64,000 nt of DNA, from NCBI GenBank assembly GCA_963806225.1, contig CAWDXG010000001.1:864001-928000 (forward strand), written 5' to 3'. The notes under the pieces are model-generated. The model was not told where the DNA came from, searched no databases, and saw only the letters and a list, made by a program, of their open reading frames with translations. A program made the position numbers and the translations under genes. This document shows, one piece after another, positions 12,367 to 23,134 of the stretch; position 1 is the first letter of the stretch, and every line of letters begins with the position of its first letter. This DNA comes from an uncultured delta proteobacterium. GTDB taxonomy: Bacteria > Myxococcota_A > Polyangia > Polyangiales > Polyangiaceae.

Positions 12367-12969
12367 TCAGTCCGCGGCCGCGTCACTCGCGCCGGCGTCG
12401 TTGTTCGTCGTGGCGTCGCTGCCCGCCTCGGTGGCGGCGTCGTTGTTCGTCGTGGCGTCGCTGCCCGCCTCGGTGGCGGCGTCGTTGTTCGTCGTGGCGT
12501 CGCTGCCCGAGTCCTGCGGCGTGCCCGAGTCGTTGCCGCCTGCGTCCTTCGGCAAGGGTCCGCAGATGGGGATGGCCGGCGCGCTCGTGTTCTGCAGGCT
12601 CACCTGGAAACAGCCTTCATCCGTGCCGCAGCCGCCGTTGTCGCAGAACGGCATGCAGGTGCCAGTGGCCGTGCCCGCCCCATTCGGGAAACAACCCAGC
12701 CCCTCGTCGCACTGCGGTTGTCCGACCACGTTGGTGCAGCTCGCACCCTGGCCGGCGCCCTGCTTGGCGGGCAGGCAGGTGTACTTGCCGTCCGTGTTGT
12801 ACCAGCACGTCGTTCCCGGCTTGCAGTCGGAGGGCTTGGTGGCGCAGGACGCGCTTCCACCACCGGAGTTGTCGTTGCTGCTGCCGCAGCCGTACGCCGG
12901 GAGCGACAGCGCGCCGAGCAGCAACAGACCCGTGATCTTCGCGAGAGACGATCGCCTCGAAGCAAGCAT
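12367..12969 (-). CDS. Cys-rich lipoprotein with C-terminal tandem repeats
   Basis: Signal peptide with lipobox AYGC; about 10 further Cys; GSDATTNNDAATEA repeats. Confidence 0.75.
   Translation of the reverse strand: MLASRRSSLAKITGLLLLGALSLPAYGCGSSNDNSGGGSASCATKPSDCKPGTTCWYNTDGKYTCLPAKQGAGQGASCTNVVGQPQCDEGLGCFPNGAGTATGTCMPFCDNGGCGTDEGCFQVSLQNTSAPAIPICGPLPKDAGGNDSGTPQDSGSDATTNNDAATEAGSDATTNNDAATEAGSDATTNNDAGASDAAAD
12394..12509. repeat. 42-bp coding tandem repeat, about 2.8 copies
   Basis: Unit ggcgtcgttgttcgtcgtggcgtcgctgcccgcctcggtggc repeated without spacers. Confidence 0.92.
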
Positions 12970-13216
12970 GTGAATAATCCTCCTGCGCGCCGGGCGCGCG
13001 AGAGCAGGCTCGCACGGCCGCGGCGCTGCGGGCAAGGGCTCCGGACGGCGGCGAGCACCGATCGGCGCGCAGGGCCAGTTCGCGGTCGCCAGCATGAACG
13101 ACGGCAGCGCCAACACCCGCCCCGCGTGGACCAGCGGTGGATTCGCCGTATCGTCGACCCGTATCCAGCAGCGAGCGTGGCTCCGGGCGGTGGACATTGG
13201 TAGGCTCGGGGCACCG

Positions 13217-14383
13217 GTGTCGACATTGGACCCCAACCAGCTCGCCGAGCTGGAGCGCGAGAACGATTCGCTGAGGCGGGCGATCTCGCTGTTGCACCAG
13301 ATCGCCAACCTGGTGCGCGGCTCGCTGGAGCTCGAGCCGACCTGCTACGCGGTGCTCACGGGCGTGACGGCCGGCGTCGGGCTCGGTTTGAACCGCGCCA
13401 TGCTGTTCCTCGTCGACGAACACGATCGCAACACGCTTCTGGGCGTGGCCTCGGTCGGGCCGAGTGACGCGGCCGAGGCGGACCGCGTCTGGAAGTCGAT
13501 CGAGTCGGACGCCCCCGACCTCGACGGCCTGTACCGCGCGGGCCTGCGCCGCAGCGCCAATCCGGGTCCGCTCGATCGCCGGGTGCGTTCCATCCGCGTG
13601 CCCGTTGACGGCAACAGCCCCATCTCGCTCGCGCTCCGGCGGGCCGCGACCGTGCGCGAGGGCAGCGACGATCTCGACGGCCTGTTGCATCTGCCGACGG
13701 CGGTAGCGGCGCCGCTGCGCGCGCGCGACAGCGTGCAGGGCGTTCTGTACGCGGACAACTGCTTCACCGGGCGGCGTCTCGACCCGATTGCCGAGCTGGT
13801 TTTCTCGATGGTGGCCGATCACGCTGGCCGCGCTATCGCGAGCGCGCACCACTATGAACGCGTCGCGCACCAGGCGCGCACCGACGCGCTCACGGGGCTC
13901 GGTCACCATGGCGCCATGATGGAAGCCGTCGCGGAGGCCGCGGCGCACGCGCGCCGCGCGGGAGCGCCGCTCGGTCTGGCCATGATCGATCTCGACGACT
14001 TCAAGAAGGTGAACGACACCCTGGGCCACCGCGCGGGCGATGCGCTGCTCGCCGGCGTTGCCGCGCGCCTGCGCTCGGGCGTGCGGGTCGGCGAGACGCC
14101 CTTCCGCTACGGCGGCGAGGAGTTCGCGGTGCTCCTGCCCGGCGCCGATCGCCGCACCGTGGCAGAGGCGGGCGAGCGGATCCGCCATGCGCTGGAGCAG
14201 CAGGCGTTTCCCGTCGGCGCCGGACGGACCCTTACGCTGACCTGCTCCGTCGGCGTCGCGTCGCAATCGCCAGCCGAGCTCGACGCGCGCGCGCTCATCG
14301 AATCGGCCGACGCCGCTCTGCTCCGCGCCAAGGCTGCGGGCAAGAACCGGGTCGAGCAGGCGGCGGTCGCGGCCGATCGTTGA
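13217..14383 (+). CDS. GAF-GGDEF diguanylate cyclase
   Basis: GAF (NRAMLFL, GVLYADN), TDALTGL, DLDDFKKVND.LGH..GD, RYGGEEF; I-site reads RxxE; start codon uncertain. Confidence 0.9.
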   Translation: MSTLDPNQLAELERENDSLRRAISLLHQIANLVRGSLELEPTCYAVLTGVTAGVGLGLNRAMLFLVDEHDRNTLLGVASVGPSDAAEADRVWKSIESDAPDLDGLYRAGLRRSANPGPLDRRVRSIRVPVDGNSPISLALRRAATVREGSDDLDGLLHLPTAVAAPLRARDSVQGVLYADNCFTGRRLDPIAELVFSMVADHAGRAIASAHHYERVAHQARTDALTGLGHHGAMMEAVAEAAAHARRAGAPLGLAMIDLDDFKKVNDTLGHRAGDALLAGVAARLRSGVRVGETPFRYGGEEFAVLLPGADRRTVAEAGERIRHALEQQAFPVGAGRTLTLTCSVGVASQSPAELDARALIESADAALLRAKAAGKNRVEQAAVAADR

Positions 14384-14427
14384 CCCTCGCAGCGGCTTCG
14401 GGGACGCTCCCGCCGCGAGGAGGCAGG

Positions 14428-15306
14428 ATGCCGGACGACACCGTGCTGTATGAAGTAGAGGATCGCATCGCGACCCTGACGCTGAACCGCCCGACGCGGC
14501 TGAACGCGATCAACGACCGCATGCCGCGCGAGATCCGCGCGGCGGTGGAGCGCGCGAACTCGGACGACTCGGTGCACGTGATCGTACTCACCGGCGCGGG
14601 TCGTGCGTTCTCGGCCGGCTACGATCTCGTCGAGTACGCCCAGACCGGGGGCGAGAACCCCGGCGTGCAGTCGATGCCCTGGGACCCGATGGTCGACTTC
14701 CGCATGATGTATGAAAATACGCAGTGCTTCGCGTCGCTGTGGAAGAGCTACAAGCCGACGATCGCGAAGGTGAGGGGATTCGCGGTGGCGGGCGGCAGCG
14801 ACATCGCGCTCAGCTGCGACCTGGTGGTGATGGCCGAGGACGCGAAGATCGGCTACCCGCCGGCACGCGTGTGGGGCTGCCCGACCACGGCGATGTGGGT
14901 GTACCGGATCGGCGCCGAGCGGGCGAAGCGCATGTTGCTCACCGGGGACCTGATCGACGGGCGCGAGGCGAAGGAGATGGGGCTGGTGATCGATGCGGTG
15001 CCGGAGAGCGGGCTCGACGCGCGCGTGGACCAGCTGGCGCGACGTATGACCGGCGTACCGAGAAACCAGCTCATGATGCAGAAGCTGATGGTCAACCAGG
15101 CCTACGAGAACATGGGGCTCGGCTCGACGCAGATGTTCGCGACGCTGTTCGACGGCATCACCCGGCATTCGCCCGAGGGCATGTGGTTCAAGGAGCGCGC
15201 GGAGGAGGTGGGCTTCAAGCAGGCCGTGGCCGAGCGCGACAGCGGCGAGCCCATTGCGCCCGGCGTCAGCCGCTCGTTCACGCCAGGCAAACCGAATGAG
15301 TCGTGA
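14428..15306 (+). CDS. Enoyl-CoA hydratase/isomerase (crotonase) family protein
   Basis: TLNRP.RLNAI, GRAFSAGYDL, KPTIAKVRG.AVAGG, LLTGDLIDGREA. Confidence 0.92.
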   Translation: MPDDTVLYEVEDRIATLTLNRPTRLNAINDRMPREIRAAVERANSDDSVHVIVLTGAGRAFSAGYDLVEYAQTGGENPGVQSMPWDPMVDFRMMYENTQCFASLWKSYKPTIAKVRGFAVAGGSDIALSCDLVVMAEDAKIGYPPARVWGCPTTAMWVYRIGAERAKRMLLTGDLIDGREAKEMGLVIDAVPESGLDARVDQLARRMTGVPRNQLMMQKLMVNQAYENMGLGSTQMFATLFDGITRHSPEGMWFKERAEEVGFKQAVAERDSGEPIAPGVSRSFTPGKPNES

Positions 15307-15616
15307 TGCGGCGCGCTCGCTGCCGCTGTTGATGGCGGCCGGGCTCGTGTTCGGTGCGGGTTGTCGCGACAAGCCGACGGCGAAGGCCGAGCCTGCTGCC
15401 GCGGGGCACTCTGCGGCCCCGCTGAGCGCGCGGGCGAAAGCTCGAGCGAGCGCCGCGGCAGAGCCGGCGTCCAGCGCAGCGGACGACAAGAACTGCTGCA
15501 TGGGCTTGAACGACTGCCGCGGCAAGGGCGGCTGCGCCGTACCCGAGTCGCACGCCTGCCAGGGGCAGAACGCCTGCAAGGGCCAGGGCGGCTGCCACTC
15601 GCACTGCCCGCACTGA
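15296..15616 (+). CDS. Small lipoprotein with BufA2/bufferin-like CxGxNxC(K/R)GxGGC repeats
   Basis: Lipobox GAGC; CMGLNDCRGKGGC and CQGQNACKGQGGC, C-terminal HSHCPH. Confidence 0.7.
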   Translation: MSRDAARSLPLLMAAGLVFGAGCRDKPTAKAEPAAAGHSAAPLSARAKARASAAAEPASSAADDKNCCMGLNDCRGKGGCAVPESHACQGQNACKGQGGCHSHCPH

Positions 15617-15631
15617 GCTCCGCCGCGGACG

Positions 15632-17077
15632 TCAGTGCCGGTGCGCGCGGGGCGGCTCGCGCTCTTCTTGCTCGAGCTCCTCGCCTTCGGTATCGACCTC
15701 GTCGGGCGCTTCGTCGATCCGTACGCGCGGTCGCGCGCCTTCCACGCGCGTGTGCGGAGGCGTGGCTGCGCGGCGGGTTTCCTCGTCGGCAACGCCGCGC
15801 AGCAAGGCGGAGGCGCGCCTGAGCCCCTCGACGCCGCGTTCGCCGATCTCGCGCGAGCGGTCTGCGGCCCTGCGCGGCGCGTTGCCGACGAACAGCGACA
15901 GCAACGTCAGAAAGGTCGGGAGCAACACCGTGAACAGCGCCCACACGGCGAGCTGGGCGGCGGTCAGCCCCAGCAGCAGCACGATCATGAGCAGCGGGTG
16001 CACGCGCTGGCTGTGGCGACCGCGCCAGCGGGCTTCGCGTCGGCGTCTGTAGGCCGCCCTGCGCTCCTCGTGGGCGTGGCGGCGCCGGGCGTGCCGCTCG
16101 CCTCGTGCTTCGTGGCGGGCATCGCGACGGGTCGAGCCGGCGGAGAGCCCGTCGGCCCATTGTTCCCATTCGTGGCGCGTCCTGTCCGCCCAATGCTGCC
16201 ATTCCTCGCGGGTTCCCCACGGAACGCGAGGGGGAGGCGGCGGCTTGCGTGACTCGCGGTCCGGCCCGCGCCGCGCGCGCGAGCCGGATCGGAGCTGGTC
16301 CAGGAGCGGCTCGACGCGCGTGGCGCGCTGGTCGGGATCGGGCTCGAGCATGCGCTTGAGCACGTCGATCACGCCCGGTTCGACGCTGCCGCCCAGGCTG
16401 GCGCGCACGTCGATGGCGAGCCCGCGGTGCGGCAGCGCTTCCGGTTCCTGGTTTGCGAGCAGCGTCAGCACGGTGGCGCCGAGGCCGTAGATGTCCGTGG
16501 CAGGCAGCGCGCGTCCCTGGAACTGCTCCGGGGCCATGTAGCCGAAGGTGCCGACCACGGTGCTGCCGCCGGCCGGTTCCAGGCTGGCCCGCACCGAGCC
16601 GAAGTCGACCAGACAGAACGAGCCGTCCGGGCGGCGGATCACGTTGCTGGGCTTGATGTCGCGGTGGATCACCGGCGGCACGCGGCCGTGCAGGTAGTCG
16701 AGGGCCTCGCCGATCTCGTTCAGCAGGCGCACCACTTCGGCCGGCGCGAGCCCGCCGCCGCGCGCGCGGAGCGCGGCCAGGCTCTCGCCCTCGATGCGCT
16801 CCATGACGAGATACAGGCAGCCGTCTTCCTCGAAGTGATCGAGGTACACCGGCAGCGACGGATGCGAGAGCTGGGCGAGCACGCGCGCTTCGCGTTCGGC
16901 CAGCTCCACGTCCTTCCACGAGCCCGCGCCGCGGATCTGGAAGCGCTTGATGGCGACGGGGCGGCCGCCCTGCTTGTCGACGGCCTCGAGCGTGGCACCC
17001 TGCGCACCCTGTCCGAGCACCCGCACGACGGCGTAGCGACCGTCGTGCAGCTCCTGTGCGGGCGCGGCGTCTGGCAT
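15632..17077 (-). CDS. Hanks-type Ser/Thr protein kinase with C-terminal membrane segment
   Basis: LGQGAQG, VAIK, HRDIKPSN, DFG, GTFGYMAPE, DIYGLG. Confidence 0.95.
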   Translation of the reverse strand: MPDAAPAQELHDGRYAVVRVLGQGAQGATLEAVDKQGGRPVAIKRFQIRGAGSWKDVELAEREARVLAQLSHPSLPVYLDHFEEDGCLYLVMERIEGESLAALRARGGGLAPAEVVRLLNEIGEALDYLHGRVPPVIHRDIKPSNVIRRPDGSFCLVDFGSVRASLEPAGGSTVVGTFGYMAPEQFQGRALPATDIYGLGATVLTLLANQEPEALPHRGLAIDVRASLGGSVEPGVIDVLKRMLEPDPDQRATRVEPLLDQLRSGSRARRGPDRESRKPPPPPRVPWGTREEWQHWADRTRHEWEQWADGLSAGSTRRDARHEARGERHARRRHAHEERRAAYRRRREARWRGRHSQRVHPLLMIVLLLGLTAAQLAVWALFTVLLPTFLTLLSLFVGNAPRRAADRSREIGERGVEGLRRASALLRGVADEETRRAATPPHTRVEGARPRVRIDEAPDEVDTEGEELEQEEREPPRAHRH

Positions 17078-17079
17078 GG

Positions 17080-17970
17080 CTACTTCCCGAGGCCGGCCTC
17101 TTCGGAGGCGCTGAGCCCGAGCGCAGCCCAGTCGAGGTCGCCGCGCCCGCGCGCCACCGCAGCCGTCAGGCGATCGCGCAGCAGGCTGGCAAGAGGCATG
17201 GGAACGTCGCGCGCGAGCGCCGCTTCGATGACGAGGTTCACGTCCTTGCGTCCCAGCTTCAGACGAAAGCCGGGTGGCTCGTAGCGCTCGCTCGCGATGG
17301 CGCGGCCATAGCCCTGGTAGACGGGACAGTTGAAGAGCGTCGAGTAGAAGAGCTCGGCGACCTGCTGCCGGTCGATGCCGCTCTTTTCCGCCAGCGCGAA
17401 GGCCTCGCTCATGGCCTCGATCGCCGAGACGAGCATGAAGTTGCCGGCGAGCTTGACGATGTTGGCCTTCGACGGCTCGTCGCCGAACTCGAACACGCCC
17501 TGCCCGAGCGCGTCGAAGACCGGCTTGACGCGCTGTCTGGCGGCGGCGTTGCCGGCGGCGCAGATCCAGAGCTTCTTCGCCTTGGCCGCGTCCGGGCGAC
17601 CGAACACGGGTGCGGCGACGTAGGTCGCGCCGTGCCGCTCGTGCTCGGCGGAGAGTCGCTCCGCGGTCGCCGGCGAAACGGTGCTCATCGACACGTGCAC
17701 TTTGCCCTTGTCGAGCCCGGCGAGCAGCCCGTCGTCGCCATGCGTCACGGCGTCCAGCGCGGCGTCGTCAGCGAGCATCGTGATCACCACGTCGGCGTTC
17801 GCGGCGGCTTCGCGCGGCGTCTTCTCGACCTTCGCGCCCCGTGCCGAGAGCGGCTCCGCCTTGCCGGTGCTGCGGTTGTAGACGCCCAGCGGAAATCCCG
17901 CGTCGAGAAGGTTCTCCGCCATGGGCGCGCCCATGTTGCCGAGTCCGATGAAGCCCACGCTATCCGTCAT
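17080..17970 (-). CDS. NAD(P)-dependent oxidoreductase, 3-hydroxyisobutyrate/6-phosphogluconate dehydrogenase family
   Basis: GFIGLGNMGAPMA, MSTVSP, APVFGRP, KLAGN, KD. Confidence 0.93.
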   Translation of the reverse strand: MTDSVGFIGLGNMGAPMAENLLDAGFPLGVYNRSTGKAEPLSARGAKVEKTPREAAANADVVITMLADDAALDAVTHGDDGLLAGLDKGKVHVSMSTVSPATAERLSAEHERHGATYVAAPVFGRPDAAKAKKLWICAAGNAAARQRVKPVFDALGQGVFEFGDEPSKANIVKLAGNFMLVSAIEAMSEAFALAEKSGIDRQQVAELFYSTLFNCPVYQGYGRAIASERYEPPGFRLKLGRKDVNLVIEAALARDVPMPLASLLRDRLTAAVARGRGDLDWAALGLSASEEAGLGK

Positions 17971-18176
17971 GTCCGTTCGCTCCTGTCCGGTGTCCTGGTG
18001 CCGTCAGCTCGTAGGCGGAGTTTGTCCAGCATCGAAGTTTCCAGGGGTAGAGTAATGTCGCTTCCGGTCGCGTGCAGAGCCTTGCAACGCGGCGCGGGAA
18101 GCGTAAGCCTCCAGCCCACGAACCGCGAGGGGTGGATTGCTCCACAGACTTCGCGCCGAGCTTGGAGGTAGTTGTC

Positions 18177-19317
18177 ATGGGCATGGAGCATCTGGATCAT
18201 GGGCGCACAGGTCATTCCAGGACGTGGCGCGGCGTGCGGCTCGCTTTCGCGCTGTTGATCGCGGGGGCGTTCGGCGGTCTCGCCGTGCAGTGCTCCAGCA
18301 ACAATGGGAAATACGTGGGCAACGGCTCCGGCAACGGCGGCTCGGGGAACGGCACCGGCAACGGCGGCTCGGGCAACGGCACCGGCAACGGCGGCACCGG
18401 CGTCGGCGCCGACGCCGGGTTCGTGATCCCGGATTCAGGCGGTTCGGATGTCACACAGGACGCGTTCTATTTCGAACGATCCGCCTCCCGCGAACTGCTC
18501 CGACGCCGGAGTCAAGCCGCCCAAGATTGGCGGCACGCTCAAGTGCCCTTCCGACAAGAACCTGCCGGGTTGTCCCTGCGGGTCCGGCGTCAAGCTCGGC
18601 GACACCGCAGCGTGCTGGCCGGGCTACCGCAAGAACCGCAATCACGGCGACTGCAAGGACGGCACGACGACCTGCGAGCTGCAGGGCGAGAACCAGCCGG
18701 TGTGGGGCCCCTGCCAGGGTTTCACCGGTATCGACCCGAAAACGTACCAGGTGATCACGCCGGGAAGCTGCGGCTGCTTCACCCATGGCAAGTGGAGCAT
18801 CGACAACACGTCGCCTTGCTTCGCCTGCACCGACCAGGCCTGCTCGAGCGCCAGCGGAGCGGTTTCGACGCTCAAGACCACGCAGCAGTGTCCCGCGTCG
18901 GCCACGACGCTGCCGTCGGAGCCCTGGAGTGGCGATACCGTCAGCGCGGACTGCACCGGCAAGTTCAAGCTCTGCTACACGCTCAAGGCGCTCTCGGCGC
19001 CCAATGCGCAGCAGGCTGCAAGCGACTGCGTGATGAAGCAGGTCTGCACCGAGGCGTACTACGACCAAGCCAACCAGACGCAGCCCTTCCCGGACCTGGG
19101 GGCGTGGGTCACGGACACGCCGGCAGAGAAGCAGTGCGCGGCAGCGTTCGTCTCCAACGGCGGCTACGCCACGATGAGCGTCGATGGTCTGAGCGACGAG
19201 TGCGAGAAGATACAGAAGGACTTCGCGACCATCACGTACTGTCCTCTCGCGTGTAACAACCCGAACCCGCCCGCCATCTGCAAGCAGTGCAAGACCGGCG
19301 GCACCGGCGGGTTCTAG
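18177..19317 (+). CDS. Cys-rich myxobacterial-type lipoprotein (frameshift near 18470)
   Basis: Signal plus AVQC and GNGGSGNGT repeats in ORF 18072; Cys-rich continuation NDPPP..C...NLPGCPC in ORF 18448..19317. Confidence 0.7.
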
Positions 19318-19448
19318 CCTCGCGCCACACCCCGCGCCGCCGGGCGCCCGCAGGAACAGGCGCGCAAACAATGCGCCGGTTGCGGGTGCCTGGGCAATTC
19401 ATGCGTTTTGCGGCCTCCTGCGGGCGCGCTACATCGTCGATTTCGCGA

Positions 19449-19490
19449 GGGCATGCTTCGTGCAACGCCGGCGCGTGCAGAAATTTCTGC
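19449..19490 (+). promoter_or_regulatory. Putative sigma54 (-24/-12) promoter plus palindrome upstream of nifJ
   Basis: GGGCATGCTTCGTGCA has GG-N10-GC (19450-19463); perfect palindrome GCAGAAATTTCTGC at 19477-19490. Confidence 0.35.
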
Positions 19491-19566
19491 GGGCTCCGGG
19501 CATCTCCGGGCCTGCTGGATTGTCCCCGGGACACCTGACTCCACCCCCAGCCCTAGCGAGCTCCTG

Positions 19567-22500
19567 ATGAGCCAAGCGCGTCGCCGTCTGACCGTCGACG
19601 GCAACGAGGCTGCGGCCTCGGTTGCCTACCGTACCAACGAGGTCGTTGCCATCTATCCGATCACGCCTGCCTCGCCGATGGGCGAGCTCAGTGACGAGTG
19701 GGCGACCCGTTCCCAGCCGAACATCTGGCAGACCGTCCCCGCGGTTTCCGAGATGCAGTCCGAAGGTGGCGCTGCGGGCGCGGTGCACGGCGCGCTCCAG
19801 GCCGGCGCGCTCGCGACCACGTTCACCGCGTCGCAGGGCCTGCTCCTGATGGTGCCGAATCTGTACAAGATCGCCGGCGAGCTCACGTCGTTCTGCCTGC
19901 ACGTGGCAGCGCGCACCATCGCCAGCCACGCGCTCAGCATCTTCTGTGACCACTCGGACGTGATGGCCGCGCGCCAGACCGGGTTCGCGATGCTCGTGTC
20001 CGCCTCGGTGCAGGAGTCGCACGACTTCGCCTGCATCGCCCAGGCGGCGACGCTACGTTCGAGGGTTCCGTTCCTGCATTTCTTCGACGGCTTCCGCACT
20101 TCGCACGAGCTGTCGAAGATCGAGTGGCTCGAAGACGACGACCTGCGCTTCATGATCGACGACGAGCTGGTCGAAGCGCATCGCGCGCGCGGTCTGTCGC
20201 CGGATCACCCCGTCGTACGTGGCACCGCCGAGAACCCGGACACGTTCTTCCAGGCGCGTGAAGCGGTGAACCTGTACTACCGGCGTGCGCCGGGCATCGT
20301 CGAGGAGGAGATGGAGCGCTTTGCCGGTCGCACCGGCCGGCGCTATCACCTGTTCGACTACTTCGGCCACAAGGATGCCGAACGGGTCGTGGTGCTGATG
20401 GGCTCCGGCGCCGAGACGGCGCGCGAGACCGTGGAGTACCTGGCCTCGAAAGGCGAGCGCGTGGGGCTCGTGCAGGTGCGGCTGTATCGGCCGTTTGCGG
20501 TGGCGGCGTTCCTCGACACGCTGCCGCGCAGCGTGCGCTCGATAGCGGTGCTCGACCGCACCAAGGAGCCGGGGGCCATCGGCGAGCCGCTGTATCTGGA
20601 TGTAGTGGCGGCCTTCGCCGAGGGCTGGGAAGCCGAGTTGCCGCGCATCATCGGCGGTCGCTACGGGCTTTCGAGCAAGGAGTTCACGCCGGCCATGGTC
20701 AAGGCCGTGCTCGACGAGCTCTCGCGGGATGCGCCCCGCCGCCACTTCAGCGTCGGCATCGTGGACGACGTGACGCACGAATCGCTACCCCTCGAGGGGG
20801 ATTTCCAGATCCTCCCCGACACGGTCTTCCAGGCCATGTTCTACGGCCTTGGCTCCGACGGGACGGTCGGCGCGAACAAGAACAGCATCAAGATCATCGG
20901 CGAGGACGACCAGACCTACGTGCAGGGCTACTTCGTCTACGACTCGAAGAAGGCGGGCGCGGTCACCGTGTCGCACCTGCGCTTCGGCTCGCAGCCGATC
21001 GGGGCGCCGTATCTGATCCAGCGTGCGAACTTCGTCGCCTGCCATCAAGTCCGAGTTCCTCGAGCGCACCGAGATGCTGGACAAGGTCAAGGAAGGCGGC
21101 GTGTTCCTGCTCAACAGCCCCTATGCTCCGGATCAGGTGTGGGATCACCTGCCGCGCGAGGTGCAGGCCGCGATCATCGACAAGAAGCTCAAGTTCTACG
21201 CCATCGACGCCTACAAGGTGGCGCACGATGCCGGCCTCGGCCGCCGCATCAACACGGTGATGCAGACCTGCTTCTTCGCGATCTCCGGCGTCCTGCCTCG
21301 CGATACGGCGATCGAGAAGATCAAGCTGGCGATCGAGAAGACCTACGGCAAGAAGGGCGGCGAGCTGGTGCGCCGCAACTCCGCCGCAGTCGACGCCACG
21401 CTGGCGGAGCTGCACGAGATCGCGGTGCCTGCCGAGGTGACCGCGAGCGAGGTGCGGCCGCCTGCCGTGCCGACCGAGGCGCCCGACTTCGTGCAGCGGG
21501 TCACCGCCGTGCTGATCGCGGGCAAGGGCGACGCGCTGCCCGTCAGCGCGTTTCCGGTCGACGGTACCTGGCCGCTGTCCACCAGCCGCTGGGAGAAACG
21601 CAACATCGCCCAGGAGATCCCGGTCTGGGATCCGGACATCTGCATCCAGTGCAACAAGTGTGCGCTGGTGTGCCCCCACGCGACCATCCGCGCCAAGGTC
21701 TACGACGAAAAGCAGCTCGACGGAGCGCCCGAAGGCTTCAAGAGCATCGTGTGGAAGAGTGGCGAGCTGAAAGGCAGCCAGTACACCATCCAGGTTGCCC
21801 CCGAGGACTGCACGGGCTGTGGCCTGTGCGTGGAGGTGTGCCCCGCGAAGGACAAGGCGAATCCGCGCCACAAGGCCATCGACATGCAGCCGCAGCGGCC
21901 GCTGCGCGACGCGGAAGCGGAGCGCTATGCGTTCTTCCTGTCGCTGCCTCCGATCGACCGGCGCCGCGTCCGGCTCGACGTGAAGCAGAGCCAACTGCTC
22001 GAGCCGCTATTCGAGTATTCGGGCGCGTGTCCGGGCTGCGGCGAGACGCCGTACATCAAGTTGATGACGCAGCTGTTCGGCGACCGCGCGCTGGTCGCGA
22101 ATGCTACCGGCTGTTCGTCGATCTACGGTGGCAACCTGCCGACCACGCCCTACTGCACCGACGCGGCGGGTCGCGGGCCCGCGTGGTCGAACTCGCTGTT
22201 CGAGGACAACGCCGAATTCGGCTACGGTTTCCGGCTCGCAGTCGACTCGCACCGCCACCACGCACGCGCGCTCGTCGGGTCGCTGGGTTCGCAGATCGGA
22301 GAACGGCTGGCGACGGAGCTGCTCGATGCCGTGCAAGCCGACGAATCCGGCATCGTGGCGCAGCGCGAGCGCGTTGCCGAGCTGAAGAAGGTGCTGGCCC
22401 GCGTCGACAGCAGCGATGCGCGGCTCTTGAGCGGCCTCTCCGATTATCTGGTCAAGAAGAGCGTGTGGCTGGTGGGCGGCGACGGCTGGGCCTACGACAT

Positions 22501-23131
22501 CGGCTACGGCGGGCTGGATCACGTGCTGGCTTCCAGCGCGGATGTGAACGTGCTGGTGCTCGACACGGAGGTCTACTCGAACACCGGCGGACAGCAGTCG
22601 AAGGCCACCCCGCTCGGCGCGGCGGCGAAGTTCGCCGCAGCCGGCAAGTCGACGCCGAAGAAGGATCTGGGGCTGCTCGCGATGAGCTATTCGCACGTGT
22701 ACGTGGCGAGCGTGGCGTTCGGTGCGCGCGACGCCCAGACGGTGCGGGCCTTCGCGGAGGCGGACGCGCACCCCGGACCATCGCTCATCATCGCCTACAG
22801 CCACTGCATCGCACACGGCTATGATCTCGCGTTCGGCGCGCAGCAGCAGAAGCTCGCGGTCGAGTCGGGCGTGTGGCCGCTGTACCGCTTCGACCCGCGG
22901 CGTATCGACGCCGGCGAGCCGCCGCTGGTGCTGGACGCGCGTGCCGGCAAGACGAAGGTACGACAGTACATGATGGGCGAGATGCGCTTCCGGATGGTGG
23001 AAAAGAGCGATCCGGAGCGCTTTGAATGGCTGCTCGCGCTGGCCGAGCGCGAGGCCGAGCGCCGCGTGGGCGTCTACGAGCAGCTATCGCATCTGACCTA
23101 CGGCGTGGACCCTTCCGACGAGAAGAGCTGA
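19567..23131 (+). CDS. nifJ: Pyruvate:ferredoxin (flavodoxin) oxidoreductase (1-bp insertion near 21048)
   Basis: YPITP, MQSEGGAAG, FTASQGLLLM, GLGSDGTVGANKN, two 4Fe-4S motifs (CIQCNKC, CTGCGLC), GACPGCGETPY, GGDGWAYDIG. Confidence 0.96.
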
Positions 23132-23134
23132 TTC

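Noticed and set aside
12394..12509. Possible CRISPR array
   Set aside because: Head-to-tail 42-bp repeats without unique spacers, in frame within a lipoprotein; no cas genes
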